Assembly (NCBI RefSeq): GCF_009834535.1
Contig: NC_045697.1
Location: 43,154,001 to 43,218,000, forward strand
Length of the DNA stretch: 64,000 bases
Direction: 5' to 3'
From: Camelus ferus
Taxonomy: Eukaryota
Part shown: positions 49,990 through 62,518 of the stretch, one piece after another
Numbering within the stretch: the stretch's first letter is position 1
Layout: the number at the start of each line of letters is the position of its first letter
Program-made: the position numbers and the translations under genes
The notes under the pieces: model-generated
Told to the model about the DNA's origin: nothing
Database searches by the model: none
Seen by the model: only the letters and a program-made list of their open reading frames with translations

Positions 49990-51570
49990 AGATTGACAAA
50001 CCTTTCAGACAATATCTATATAGATTTATCAAAAGAATTACATAGACTGGATTAACCCAGTGTAAATAATATTATTGAATTTTTCATCAAAAGGAATAGA
50101 TTGATAGCTACATTAGCAACAAAAAAGATGAAAAAAATAATCTTAACAAGGTATGTGCAAAATTCATATGAAAAAAATTTAGATGATGAAAGAAGACAAA
50201 ATGGAAAGCTTCTTATGTTTTTTAAGAGTTACATTAAATCTAACTCCAATTAAAATATCAATGGGATTTATTTGGGAAAGGAAAAGTTGGTATCATATGT
50301 CATATGGAAAAATTAAAAAACCAAGGGCATTCCAAAAACCTCTGAGAAATAGTATCAATGAGAAGGAACTTTTATAGACATTAAATATATATTCTGAAGG
50401 TATAAAAATTAAAAAGCTTATTAGTGACACAAGTATGTACAGAAATTTGGTATATTTTGAAGATGTCATTTTAAATTAGCAGATGAAACAAAATATAAGG
50501 AGAATTCTACCAGGAAAAAAAAATTTTTAAATCCTACCTAATACTTTGCATCAAAATTAAATCAGATAGACAAAATATTTAAATATTAAAAATTAGACAA
50601 TTAAAAGTACTAGAAGAAAACAAGTTTTGTTTTGTTTTGTTTTGCTGTTGTCAGAATGAGAAAGGCCTATCTAAGAATGACACAAATCCTCAAAGTCACA
50701 CACAAAAAAAGAGGCAATGAATTTACCTGCATCAAACTCAGAATCTTCTATTTGGCAACTAATACCAAAAACAAAGTCAAAAGACAAATGAGACCCTGAG
50801 AAAAAAATGTTAACATCAACTATTACAGACAAAAGGCTAATTCTTTTTTTTTTTTTTACTGAAGTATAGTTAGTTTACAATGTTTTGTCAATTTCTAGTG
50901 TACAGCACAATGCTTCAGTCATACATGAATATACATATATTCGTTTTCATATTCTTTTTCACTGTAAGCTACTACAAGATATCAAATATAGTTCCCTGTG
51001 AAATACAGTGTAAACTTGTTTATCTATTTTATACATACCAGTCACTATCTGCAAGTCTCAGACTCCCAATTTATCCCTTCCCACTCCTTCACCCCAGGTA
51101 ACCATGAGTTTGTTTTCTATGTCTGTGAGTCTGTTTCTGTTTTATAAATAAGTTAATTCATCTTTTTTGTTTTTTTTTTTTTTAGATTCCACATATGAGT
51201 GATATCATATGGTATTTTTTCTTTCTCTTTCTGGCTTACTTCACTTAGAATGACATTCTCCAGGGCCATCCATGTTGCTGCAAATGGCATTATTTTATTA
51301 TTTTTATGGATGAGAAGTATTCCATTGTATAAATATACCACAACTTCTTTATAGTCAACTGTAGATGGACATTTAGGTTTTTTCCATGTTGGCTATTGTA
51401 AATAGTGCTGCTATGAACATTGGGGTGCAGGTGTCTTTTTGAATTAAGATTCCCTCTGGGTATATGCGAAGGGATAATTCTTTCGGGGAAAAAAATGCAG
51501 AAAACTACAAGTCAATTTTTAAAAGACTGAGAACCCAGTAGAAAAATGGGAAAAGAATACATACAGGCTT
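49990..51570 (+). mobile_element. Ancient L1 (L1ME-like) ORF2 fragment hosting a young L1
   Basis: A-rich: 'attaaaagtactagaagaaaac', 'aacaaagtcaaaagacaaatga'; resumes at 'aacccagtagaaaaatgggaaaagaata'. Confidence 0.7.
50844..51467 (-). mobile_element. Young camelid-type L1 3' end (~620 bp) with TSD
   Basis: T14 tail; ORF2 C-terminal peptide 'KIMPFAATWMALENVILSEVSQKEKEK' (51153-51341). TSD aaaggctaattcttt (50832-50846) / aagggataattcttt (51469-51483). Confidence 0.92.
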
Positions 51571-51599
51571 TTTCCTGCTGAATTCATTTTATAACAACC

Positions 51600-52570
51600 A
51601 TCACTTATAACTAGAGAAACGCTCGTTTTGTAATTCCTATCAGGTGTACACCCACCTCCGCACCCATCTATCCTAGCCCTGACTTCTCTACCCGCTCCTT
51701 AAAGTATTCATTTTTGTTGTTGTTTATGTACTTCGCAGTGTTTCTTCCTCCAAACATTAACAAATGCAAATATATATTCTTATTGTATCTACTTTCTTTC
51801 ACAAATGGTAGAATTCTCTACACAGCGTTCTGTATCTTGCTGTTTCCACCTAATACGCCTTGGTGATCTTTCTTGGATTTAGAGAGAGGTTACTTATAGC
51901 TTTATAGTGTTGCGTGTGGTTGTACCAGTTTACTAACCAGTTCCTTATAAATGAACACTTCAGTTGTTTCCAATCTTCTGCCATTATAAAGGATGTCATA
52001 GCAAATGATCTTGTATACCCATTATGTAGCACATGTATATATGTAGGATTGATTCACAAAAGAAGGGTTACTAGAGTAAATGCAAATATAGTTGACCCTT
52101 AAACAACATAGGCTGGAACGGAGCTGGTCCACTCATACTGAGCTTTTTCTACAGTAATACAGGATCCATAAATGGATGAATCCTTCAATGTGGAACCGGG
52201 GATATGGAGGGTGAATTATAGAGTTATGCATGGATTTTTCTCTTTACAGGTTCGGGGGCAGGGGGTTGGCATCCCTAAGCCCCACGTTGTTCAAGGTCAA
52301 CCATATATACATTTATTAACATTATACTCATTTGCAGCATTAAATGCTTGAGTAAATGAAAGGTAAATGCCACTGTGATTTTGGTTGATGTTGCCAGATT
52401 CCCTTTATGGAACTTGTACAAAGTTTTAAACCTCCATCAATGTCTGACGTGCCATTTTCTCAGCAGCCTCATCAACAGAATCTAGTGTCAAACTTTATTT
52501 TTTCCAATCTGATAGGTGATAAATCTTATTTCCATGAAATTCTCTTTTCGTGAGGAGGCTGAACATATAA
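51600..52570 (-). mobile_element. Ancient L1 (L1ME-like) 3' region split by a Tigger MITE
   Basis: 'tttactaaccagttccttataaatgaacacttcagttgtttccaatc', 'gtcaaactttatt...ccaatctgataggtgataaa'. Confidence 0.7.
52089..52303. mobile_element. TcMar-Tigger2-derived MITE (MER8/Tigger2a-like)
   Basis: Terminal inverted repeats 'agttgacccttaaacaac' / 'gttgttcaaggtcaac', flanked by TA on both sides. Confidence 0.85.
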
Positions 52571-52992
52571 ACTTACACAGTAGGAATCAACCCTGATTCC
52601 CTTAGCCACTGGCCGTGCTGCACATTTGCGTTATGAAACAGCACAGCTGAGCAGTTTTCATGACACTATAGCAGCACTTGCCTTGGGCAAAAAACATATC
52701 AAGCAAAAAATATACACTATTCTTTCTCAGCATCTAGAGAAAAAAACAACGGAAGAAGCTCAACAATCAATTTGCATGTTAAAGACAATCTTTTTTCTCT
52801 TTGAAAAATTGTGGAGGTGAAAATAGTTTGGAGATAGATATATAGCTTGCCACAGTCTTACTTAAAGAGCTATTGTGGGGGGTTGGTTATGCAAGAGATT
52901 CTGAAGCCATTTTCTGTAAGGTGATAGAAATGGTCAGAAAAACAATAGGAAAAGATCTAGAAGTGGAGGCATCAATGGTTTTGTAAGCATTC

Positions 52993-53500
52993 CTTTTTTC
53001 CTTTTTCTATTTTATTTAACTGAGATATGATCAACATAGTATATTGTGTAAGTTTAAGGTTGATTTGATACACTTACATATTGCAACATGATTACCACAT
53101 AGTGGTAGCCAACATCTCTATCACCTTCCATAATTATTACTTTCTTTTCTGAGGGGAGAACAATCAAGATCTAGTCTCTTACCAACTTTGAGGTTTATAA
53201 AGCAGTATTGTTGAATATAATCACGATGCTGTGCACTAGATCCCCAGGATTTTCTTTTAATCTACTGGTTGCAAGTTTGTACCATTAAAAAACATCTTCT
53301 CAATTTCCCCACATGCCAACCCCTTGAAACCACCTCTCTACTCTCTGATTCTAAAGTTCAGCTTTTTTAGACTCCACATATAAGTGAGATCATACAATAT
53401 TTATCTTTCTCTGTCTGACTTATCTCACTTAGTATGATGCCCTCAAGAGCCATTCATGTTGTCACAAATGGCGTGGTTTCCTTTTTCCCCACAACTGAAG
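52993..53500 (-). mobile_element. L1MA9-like 3' end with TSD
   Basis: 'gagaacaatcaagatctagtctcttaccaactttga', 'ttagactccacatataagtgagatcata'. AGCATTC at 52986-52992 and 53501-53507. Confidence 0.85.
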
Positions 53501-54477
53501 AGCATTCTTAATGAAATATCAACTTCCATGCAGTTCTTATGAACTAAGAATTTCTGAAATCCATTTTATTCTAGATATTGTCCACATTGTTCATCTTGAG
53601 CAAAGTGGGGGTCACATTAAATCAGCTGTCAACATTTTTTGGTGCTACAGCCACTAAGAATTTTCATATCAATTGGGAAAATCCTAAAGACTAAGATAAA
53701 GCTTGTAGGCAAATCTGAGTTGGAGACACAATTACACAAATTCCCTCTCAGTTCATGTTCACCACATAGGTCAGAATAGTTCTAAGCACTGTTCAAAATG
53801 AAAGTCTCTGTTCTTCCAACCATGCCCTTTATCTGCATTTTACGTATGACCAGTGATAACTTCAACAATTCTGTATTTTCTCCTTTTATATTAATCATGA
53901 ATCCTCAAACAACTTTAATGTTATGTAAGCTGAGAGAATTTGGAATTCTGCAGAGTAGCTGTACTCGGATAATTTCAAATAACCTTTGTAACTACACTTT
54001 ATATTCATCTAGTATTATTCTCAAGCAAATATTCCACTTGAGCAATGCTACATTTTTCAAAAGAGAATAAATTTTTGATGCAATGACTAAATCAAGAGAG
54101 GGATTCATCTTTTGCACTATGCAGATAGACTTCTGTAAATGAAAAAACCAAGACTGAGAGTGATGAGAAGTCAGGATTTTTAAGGTTTTTTTCTTTTTTT
54201 CTCAATTGTTAAATATACCTTTAGAGTTCTATTCATCTTTGCAAGTGTGTTGGCAAGTGTGATTGCATATGTATGCATTTATATCTGCCTCTTCGAAAAA
54301 GGACTTTGAGGGACGTTATAACATGACAAATGTATAATAAGGTTGTTAAATTAGTAATAATTAGAATAAAATAGGAGGTAGAGAGCATGCTAACATCATG
54401 GTGCTGTTAGTCATCTGTAATTGACTATTAAAATTAGCCTTGCTGGCAGCAAAGGCTAAAAGGAAAATAACATTGCA

Positions 54478-54870
54478 TTTTTTGTTTTAATACATTTTAT
54501 ATTAAGGCATAACATAGATGCAGTGAATGGCACTGATCTGAAGTGTTACAATTCCAGAAGATTCGACAAATGCACATTTTGACGGAACTCAACATCCCTG
54601 TCAAGATAGAGAACGTAACCATCACCTCAAACAAGGTTCCTTTGCCCCTTTCCGGTCAATTCCTCACTGCTGCTCTGATTTCCTTCAACATGGATTTGCT
54701 TGTTCTAGAGCCTCATATAAATGGGATCTATATACTCTTATACAGACTTCTTTTTACTTCTTTCTTTCAATGTAAAGTGTTGGAGATTAACCTATAGTGT
54801 TATGTTTATCAGTAGTTTGTTTTTTTATATTCCTGAGTAGTATTCCACTGTATGAATATCCCATATTTTT
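54478..54870 (-). mobile_element. Old L1 (L1MB/L1ME-like) 3' end
   Basis: 'tcaagatagagaacgtaaccatcacc...gttctagagcctcatataaatggg...ctgagtagtattccactgtatgaatatccca'. Confidence 0.8.
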
Positions 54871-56524
54871 AGGGTCAATAGTTTTTTGATATCTGACTGG
54901 AAGCTCTGCTGGTCCTTAAGTAGAATTGTATAATGAGCCTTATACCAAAAGATATTTGGTATATGGACCATCAAGAAATATTATGAGTAATATCTTTAGT
55001 GATAACAAATGCAGAAACGATCTTCAATTGGTTTTTTCTTGTATCAACCCTTAATAGCTGTCTATAACCCTGTACTGATCAGCACCCACCCAGTTATCTG
55101 ACCCTTCATCCGGATTTTAGAAAAATATAGGAGAGTTTAGGTCAACATAAACCCAAAGGATCTATTAAAGGATCTGGGGCCCAGCAGACAGAGGTGGGGT
55201 TCAAACCTAGATTATAGGTAGGCATACAATAGACTTGACTAAATTCAATGTAACAGTCTAGTTACATTTGACTAATTAGTCTTATTGATCTACACAGTAC
55301 TAGCTGGGCTGCATTTTTCATACGGCTTCAATTGTGCTTGCTTTTTAGAGTTTACTGCAAGGAACCCAGCAAATCTTTTGTTATATATAGGTGGAACCCC
55401 ACACACTTAACTGCCAATTAAGTTCCAGCTGCATCCAGTCACGAATGGTGGACTACAGAGCTCTTTTAATGAGTGTTATTTGCCATCTAAGCTTCTTCTG
55501 CAACATTAGATCTCTCCTATTTTGTATATTATATATTAGATAATGTACATTATTTAGCCTTTAATATTAAATGTCTGATACATCTTCCAGTGAGGCTGAA
55601 ACACTGTAAATCATGACACTCCTTTATTTTCTGCTGGTAGTCAAACAGAATACTAGAAATCAAGATGGAAAAGGTGAAAGAATTGTAGACAGCAAAGATG
55701 TCACTCACTTTGTTTCAGGAAATTAAATTGAAGTTAATGTTGAAGTGTGTTTTTAGTGTGATTTTTGGTGTATAGGTTTTACTTGAAGATGAATGCTTTT
55801 TATTTTATTTAGTATTTGTATAATTACTTCTTAATAATAATCATTGACCTTAATTTATGATATGAATTTAATTATAATGTGACCTCTCTGATTTTAATAA
55901 TATTTACATCTATTTTCTTTTAGTGAATTTTAATTAGTATTTTTTAATGCTTATTGCTTCATTCATATATACATACAAATATATGATTCGTTTCCATAGC
56001 TAAATCTGACAGCATAGTCTTGTGTTCATAATTATAAATTTTTTTGTATGATGCCATTCTTACACAGAATGATTAAAGAGATATGAAGCATTTCTCTATG
56101 ACTTGTGTTATCATCTTCATCCACCTCTAGTTCCTTACCCTTAAGTTGTGGAAAGTCCCATCTCAGTTTCCTTTTAGTAGCCTTTGTACTTCCTTTTCTA
56201 TGTATCTCTGCCAATTTTTCTACAGTTGAATCAAGACTTTTGAAAATCAGTATAATACTCTTTATCGCTGATAGAATTAAAGACAGATAAAGTCGTTTGC
56301 ACTTTTTAGCATCTAATACCATGATGCTAAATATTTGCTTGATTAAGTGAATTGTACAGAAGGTGTGCCCCACCCCTACTTACATTCTGATACCACGAGA
56401 AAAAGGTGGTAATAATTAGACCATTATTTGGAATGTTTAAATCAAATTGTCACTCTTTCCTTATGACTTGCAAGGCATCATTCAATTTTATTAATTCAAA
56501 AATAGTTATGGCCACCCACTACTA

Positions 56525-56875
56525 GGCGTGTCACAGTGTGGTTAAGAGCTCATGCTTTGGAATCAAACAGCGCTGGACTTAAGTCCTGCTCTGTCCCTCA
56601 CTAGCTGTATGGCTTTTGGCAACTTTTACCCATTATAAGCCTCAGTTTCCTTTTCTGTAAAGTGATAATATTTTAATTTTAATATGTTTATTTGCTCATT
56701 TGTTTGTTTCTTTAGATAACACGAGGCAGTATTGATGAGATTCAGGTGTCGAGAGCAATATCCTGGCTCTATCAGTACGTACATGAATAATCTGGAACAA
56801 ATGGTTCACCTCTTTAGGATTTGCTTTTTTCTTCAGGAAATGGAGGAGTAGGGATAGATTAAATGATTTCTAGAT
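56525..56875 (+). mobile_element. Two adjacent MIR fragments (~56525-56670 and ~56720-56875)
   Basis: 'gtggttaagagctcatgctttggaatcaaac...actagctgtatg...agcctcagtttccttttctgtaaa', then 'tcctggctctatc...ctggaacaaatggttcacctct'. Confidence 0.75.
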
Positions 56876-57094
56876 GGTTCTCAGATTGTGTATCTGCATC
56901 AGCTTTGTACAAATAACAATAGATTACTAAAATATATAAAACTTAGTGAATTAGAACCTTCTGAAGGTGAGACCTGAGAATTTGTTTATGTAATATTACT
57001 ATTTATATTGCATATATTATACTAAATATGTATACATAATATATGTTTTTGTGTGTGTATAAATATATGCTTTTTATTTTTCCCCAGGGGTATG

Positions 57095-58495
57095 ACTTGA
57101 AATTTTTATAAAAATCTGAAACCACCTCAAACTTACAGAAAAGTTCCAAGTCCAGAATACAGTGTAAGTGAAATTTTTTTATCTGACCTATTTGGGAGTA
57201 AGTTCCTGCCCGATGCAATACTTCATCATTGCCCCTAAATATTTAGTGCATATTTCCTATAAATAAGGACATTTCACCACATAACCACAAAGCAGGCATA
57301 AAAATGAGAAAATTACCACTGATGTATTAATACTGTCTAATCCTCAGACCCCATTCAAGTTTCACCAACTGTCCCAATAATGTCCTTTACAGTTTATCAC
57401 TTAGTTGTCATATCTCTTTCACGTCCTTCAATCTGGAAGAGTTCTCTATTCTTTCCTTGACTTCCCTGACTTTAACACTTGCTGGTTACCGGCAAGCTAT
57501 TTTGTAAAATGCCCCTCCATTTGGGTTTGTCTGAGAGTCCCTCTTGATTAGAAAGGATTTATGTTGCTGAATGTCCTTTCATGTGCTTACTTGTCATCTG
57601 TATATCTTTTCTGGTGAAGTGTCTCTTCAAATCTTTTACTCATTTTTTTTTAATGGGTCGTCTTGTCTTATTATGAGTTGTGTTATTTATATATTTTGCA
57701 TAGAAGTACTGTGTTGAATATGTGATTTGCAAAAAATATTTCCACCCAAGCTGTGGCTCACCTTTTATTTTCCCAGAAAGGTTTTTAGAAGAGCATGAAA
57801 TGGTTTTAATACATTAAAAAAAAACTTTGGATGGGAAGATAAAGTGTGAGATATCATGATAGTGAATAGGGCATTTAGTAAGTTTGTGGATGATGGTACT
57901 GATAGAAGCACTATAGGCACAGAAGGCAAATCCATATCCAGAAAACATATCTATTCCAGTGAGGACTGCCTCTTCCATGAAGAAAGGGATCTACTATAAT
58001 CAACCTGCCTTGGCTGGTCCCCTCAGGTACAGTACATATGGTTCATTATTGGTCTGTGCTGTTGGGGAATTATCCTTAGGAAGTATAGAGTAGCCAGGTC
58101 TGCTCTGGTGAGAGAAAATCTGTTTTGTTGAGCCCCTGTATATTTTCCAGCATTTCCCTCATAGCTACTGTATTAATGCACCCTTTCAGCAAGCCCTGGG
58201 TGGTTTGATAAACAGGTTGACATTTTCAGAACCAGGTCATCTTGTCTACCTCCTTATTGAGCCTCATCAATGCCTTACTTTTAACTTAATCTCGTTTTTA
58301 TTTTGATGAAGTACAATTTTTCTTATGCTTTTTGTGTCATGTTTAAGAAATCTTTGCTAACTCTAATGTCACGGAGATTTCCTCTTAGGTTTTCTTCTAA
58401 AATTTTTACATTTGGGCATATGTTCCATCTTGAGTTAATTTTTTATATGGTGTGAGGTAAGGGTCAAGATTCTTTTCTGTAATTTTTCATATAGT
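57095..58495 (-). mobile_element. L1MC4-like 3' end and ORF2 fragment, interrupted by an ERV-L piece
   Basis: 'caaacttacagaaaagtt', 'gcccctaaatatttagtgcatatttcctataaataaggacat', 'tttaagaaatctttgctaac...ccatcttgagttaatttttt...gtgaggtaagggtcaagattc'. Confidence 0.8.
57830..58265 (-). mobile_element. ERV-L (class III) pol integrase pseudogenic fragment
   Basis: Manual minus-strand translation gives 'GAQQNRFSLTRADLAT', 'QVDY', 'LSSWKRQ' and 'LTGIDMFSGYGFAFCAYSASISTIIHKLTKCPIHYHDISH'. These match the remembered HERV-L integrase (AQQHGLPLTKADLAT; WQVDYIGPLPSWKGQ; LTGIDTYSGYGFAYP). Frameshifted. Confidence 0.85.
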
Positions 58496-59371
58496 TACTT
58501 AAATGCATTTGACTTTTAACATAAAGCAACAGCTTTAAAAGTGTCTTGGGTGGGAATAAAGGTATAGACAATGATATTTGGGCCTTTTGGCTCATGTTTG
58601 GGGGTGGTACAGAGAAGCTAGATATCCAGAACCAGCCATCACCGTATTATGACTGATTCGTGCTGATGTCTAATTCCTATAGAATAGGCCTCCAGATCAT
58701 AAAGACAAGATCCCCAGGAAATTCCAGCACTCACATAGACAACTTCAGCCACAGGTCAAGGGCAGGCTGCTGTCTTCCTACTTGCCTCCATTAGATTGCC
58801 CAGCTTTCCGAAGAGGCCACTTACCCACATAAAAATTCACTAATATCAAAGCCTGTGTGCCTCTTTACCAAAAGGATACAAAGACAGAAGCCACGAGCCA
58901 GAGAAGGAGGTGAGGGGGGGCCCATCGTTGCTCTCTCACAAGGCTTCATGTCCGCTTTCCTCATTCATAAGGCCTGCCCCAGAAAGCTGCAGAGATATGC
59001 GAATTCTAGAAGGCTATGTCAAACATTCTATATCACTTCTCAGTTTTCTAGTTTCAACGTTTATCAGTATTTCTACATGGCCGTAACTAACTACAGAAAA
59101 TACGGTGTTCAAAAAAACTCCACCTATAAATCCAGTATATCTGTGGGGTAACTACATTATTAAAGTAGGTTTCACTCAAAAGGAATTCCCAGAGGAGCTA
59201 CATTGCACTGAATTTCCATGGATCATTTAAAATATGATTTCATGTCTATTTATTCACATATACATAATTTCCCAAGAATGTAAATTGCACTGTGTGTGTT
59301 TGTACATGCACATATACCCCATTCTCATAGGCACACCTCAGTTTTGAAATTTCTAAGAAGGGAAAAAAAAT

Positions 59372-62300
59372 ATATGCCAGACAAGTGGATTTATTTCATT
59401 TAACTACTGGTGTTGCTTTTACAGGACAAAGTAAAATGTTAATTTTTTGAAGACATATTAAGCAGAACAAAGACCAAAGCAGTTGAAATAAATACATTCA
59501 AATATACACATTTTGCAGTCCACTCACTTATCTCACTACCAGAATAATTTGGTATTTGCTCTGGGAGCACACTTTGGACTCTTGACCCCAGACGTAAACT
59601 TACTTATGCATTTTAAAAACTACTATCACAAAACATACAAACATTCTTGGTAAATATTCATACTGCTTGATTTAAAATATTTTCCATTTTTATTGAGCCT
59701 GCCACAGTTTTGCTTCATTGTTAGCCTTTGTGGCAGAAGGTTGTGAAAGCAGCAATTCCACGTAATTGATCCCTTTACTGGGGTGTTCCTGAGTGGATTG
59801 GTAAGATGGGGTGTTGAGTAGAAAATTCCCCATCTGAATTACATTATCGTCCCAGAGAACAAATAGATCTGACAGGGTGTTTTGAGTCAATAGGGAGACT
59901 TTTGAGGGCATCCTGCATTGCCTGCACATAGAATTTCTTAGTTTTCTCAAAGTATGCGAATGAGTGCCACTCTTGCTGTTAAAATGAATTTGGAAGTTGC
60001 TCTCTCTGCTATTCACAGCAACCATGGTCACTCAAAAGGAAGATGAGAAAGAGCAAATGAATAAAAACAAAAATTCCCTAACGTAGAAAGACCATGATCA
60101 AACAGAGAGTAGTATTTGTTTTCTTTCCAGTCATTTGGAATAATCTAACATTTCTTACTCCTGGCTCTACCACTCGGTAGATCATCCAGAACTCTCTGAG
60201 ATGAAATCCACTGTCATACTTTCCACTGTAGCCAGGTCTCCATATAAGCACATTGTTTTGCATTTAAATATATATTGCTTTTAAATTTTAAATGGTGTTA
60301 TGAGTGAGAACCCTTGGCAGCAAAGAAATTAGATTGGGAAGTCAAGTGAGAAAACAAGAGCAGGCAAATGTATTAAAATGGGGCTTTTCATTTGTTGTGT
60401 CTCGAATACCCACCTGGAATCCAGAATGAATCCACAGATGCCTGGGACCCGGTTCGATATTTTCCTGAATGTTAACTTCTTCCAAGATGGCAAGCTGGCA
60501 ATACTTTCAAAAGGTACTGTTTAGCAACAAAGGAAAACAAATATGGATTCATCAAAAGAAAAACTGAAAATCTCTCCATCTAGATAATATCCCAGCATTA
60601 GACCCAGAGAAGGAAAATGAAAACGTAGATCGTAAGTTCTCTGTCATACCAAGTTCCTTCTCATAAAACTAAGAACTAGAGAACTCCTCATCTCCGTTTA
60701 TAAAAGCAGGAGATCGGTTCATCTTGTCATCATGAGATATGCATCAAGGTAAACGGCATGTATGTAGGCATACCTTACTATACGTAAAGCTAAATGCTAT
60801 CCTAGATAACGTACATGATTTGGAAAGTGGAAGACGAATGTGTGTGCTATGTATCCTTTTGGTTTATATACATGTGGGTGTGTTTCCATACATTGTCCTT
60901 GGAAAATGATATCCACTAAAAAAGATCAAAGAAAAGAAAGCAAAGTAATAGACAGACTTAAGAATATAACAGATGGGGAAAATGTGAGGGAAGTGAATAT
61001 ATTTTGCCAAAGAAATGATACTGAGCGGGTCAGGAAATGAAAACATTACATAAATACTTATATACTGAGCACAAACACAGGGTCAAATCAGGCCCTCAAA
61101 GACTCAACAGCTCCCATTGAAGTCAAAAGTCTGCCCTGAGAGTCGTGCACATGCCTTTAAAGACACAACTCAGCCTTAAACTGCTTAAAGGTGAGAAAGA
61201 AGTATTTATTTTGGATAGAAATGGCCAAACAACTGAGCTTAAGAGGAGGAAAACTCACTTTTGAAGTAAAAGAGAACCTCTGTCACCATGAGGAAAAACA
61301 GACGCTGAAACAGCTTGTCTGATGAGGTAATCACAGTAAACAGTAGGCATGCTTAATTTAAGATTAATTAGGTTGGTAGAAATTCTATGTTGATTCAGTC
61401 AGGGACTAAATGCAAACACTCAAAGATCCTTCTCCATCAGACTACCTCCAGTGTGATAATATTGACCATTATTATATTACACCAATCTTGAAACATCTCT
61501 CACTCTGCTCATTCTGGATAAACTTTTTTTTTTTTTTTTTGGCACTTAGAGTGTATTTACATGGTTGTGGACTTGAAAAAGCAGAGATAAAATAAATTTA
61601 AAATGTATTTCTTTGTGGATGAATCTCAAAACTAATGGCCAAGCTGGTCCCTTCAACATAAGAATTCAATCCAGTGTGAGAACATCCTTTGACTGGAAAA
61701 GGAAGCTTCCCTTCTGAAAACCAGAAGTGTACTAAGCAGATTGATGGTCTGTCTGTGTTATTGTTATTGGCTCCAGACCCGTGGGAGGGGGAAGGAATTT
61801 CAGATCAACCCAAGCTCTAAAAGCTAGTTTCCATTTGAGTACCTGGAAAGTAGTCAACAATCATCTCCATTTTACATTTCCTGTAGTTTATGAGATAAGA
61901 AAATTCCCTGACAGTCTTAGCAGACCTGCTGACTAAAGATCCAAAGAAGGTTTGCCCCCACTGATCAGAGGCGAAACATACTGTTGAATTCATTGACATT
62001 TTCATCTTATGCATTTAGCATGCAATATCCTCTCCAAATAGATATAATCTATCGTTTTTACAATGTGTAATGATAGGCAGCATATTTTTTTTCCTAATGC
62101 AAGGGAATGTAAAAAATAACTGTGCCAAGAATGAATTATTTGAATTTAACACACAAGCTGCAGCTGGTCACTAAAACCCATTTGTGACTTGTCAAAGGAA
62201 TGTGTGGAATCACAGAATCATTTTCCCTGTTGTAGCTGCCTATTCGTGTGTGCAGAAATTGAACATTTCTGATTGGATTTATGAAAGAGAAAGACTTCAC

Positions 62301-62518
62301 CAAGAAACTCCTTTTAGCACTCAAAATACAAAATAACAAATTTGAAAACCGTGATACTTGCATTTGGGCGTCACTTCTTCACACTTCAAACTGCTTCTGC
62401 AGCAACATTAGCCTTATTTACAAGATGAGGATCCTGGTGTGCAGCAAACAACTCCCTCAAGATGGTTAGGCAGTCTGACACAGACCTCGGAAAATCAAGA
62501 CACCAGCTTCTGTTTCTC
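59372..62518 (-). other. Candidate terminal exon / 3'UTR of an unidentified minus-strand gene
   Basis: Acceptor 'tgtgctcattgcatttcag|GAG' at 62518. All three frames stop within 135 nt (phase 0 gives EKQKLVS*). The ~3.1 kb lacks recognisable repeats, has three Pumilio elements and ends at a cluster of AATAAA signals. Confidence 0.45.
59390..59395 (-). terminator. Candidate polyadenylation signal AATAAA (others at 59249-59254 and 59689-59694)
   Basis: Minus strand reads aatgAATAAA-like 'aatgaaataaatccacttgtctggcata', then a U-rich downstream tract 'ttttttttcccttct'. Confidence 0.5.

Noticed and set aside
61524..61560. A17 tract (minus strand) as the tail of a processed pseudogene
   Set aside because: No matching TSD or recognisable coding sequence upstream.
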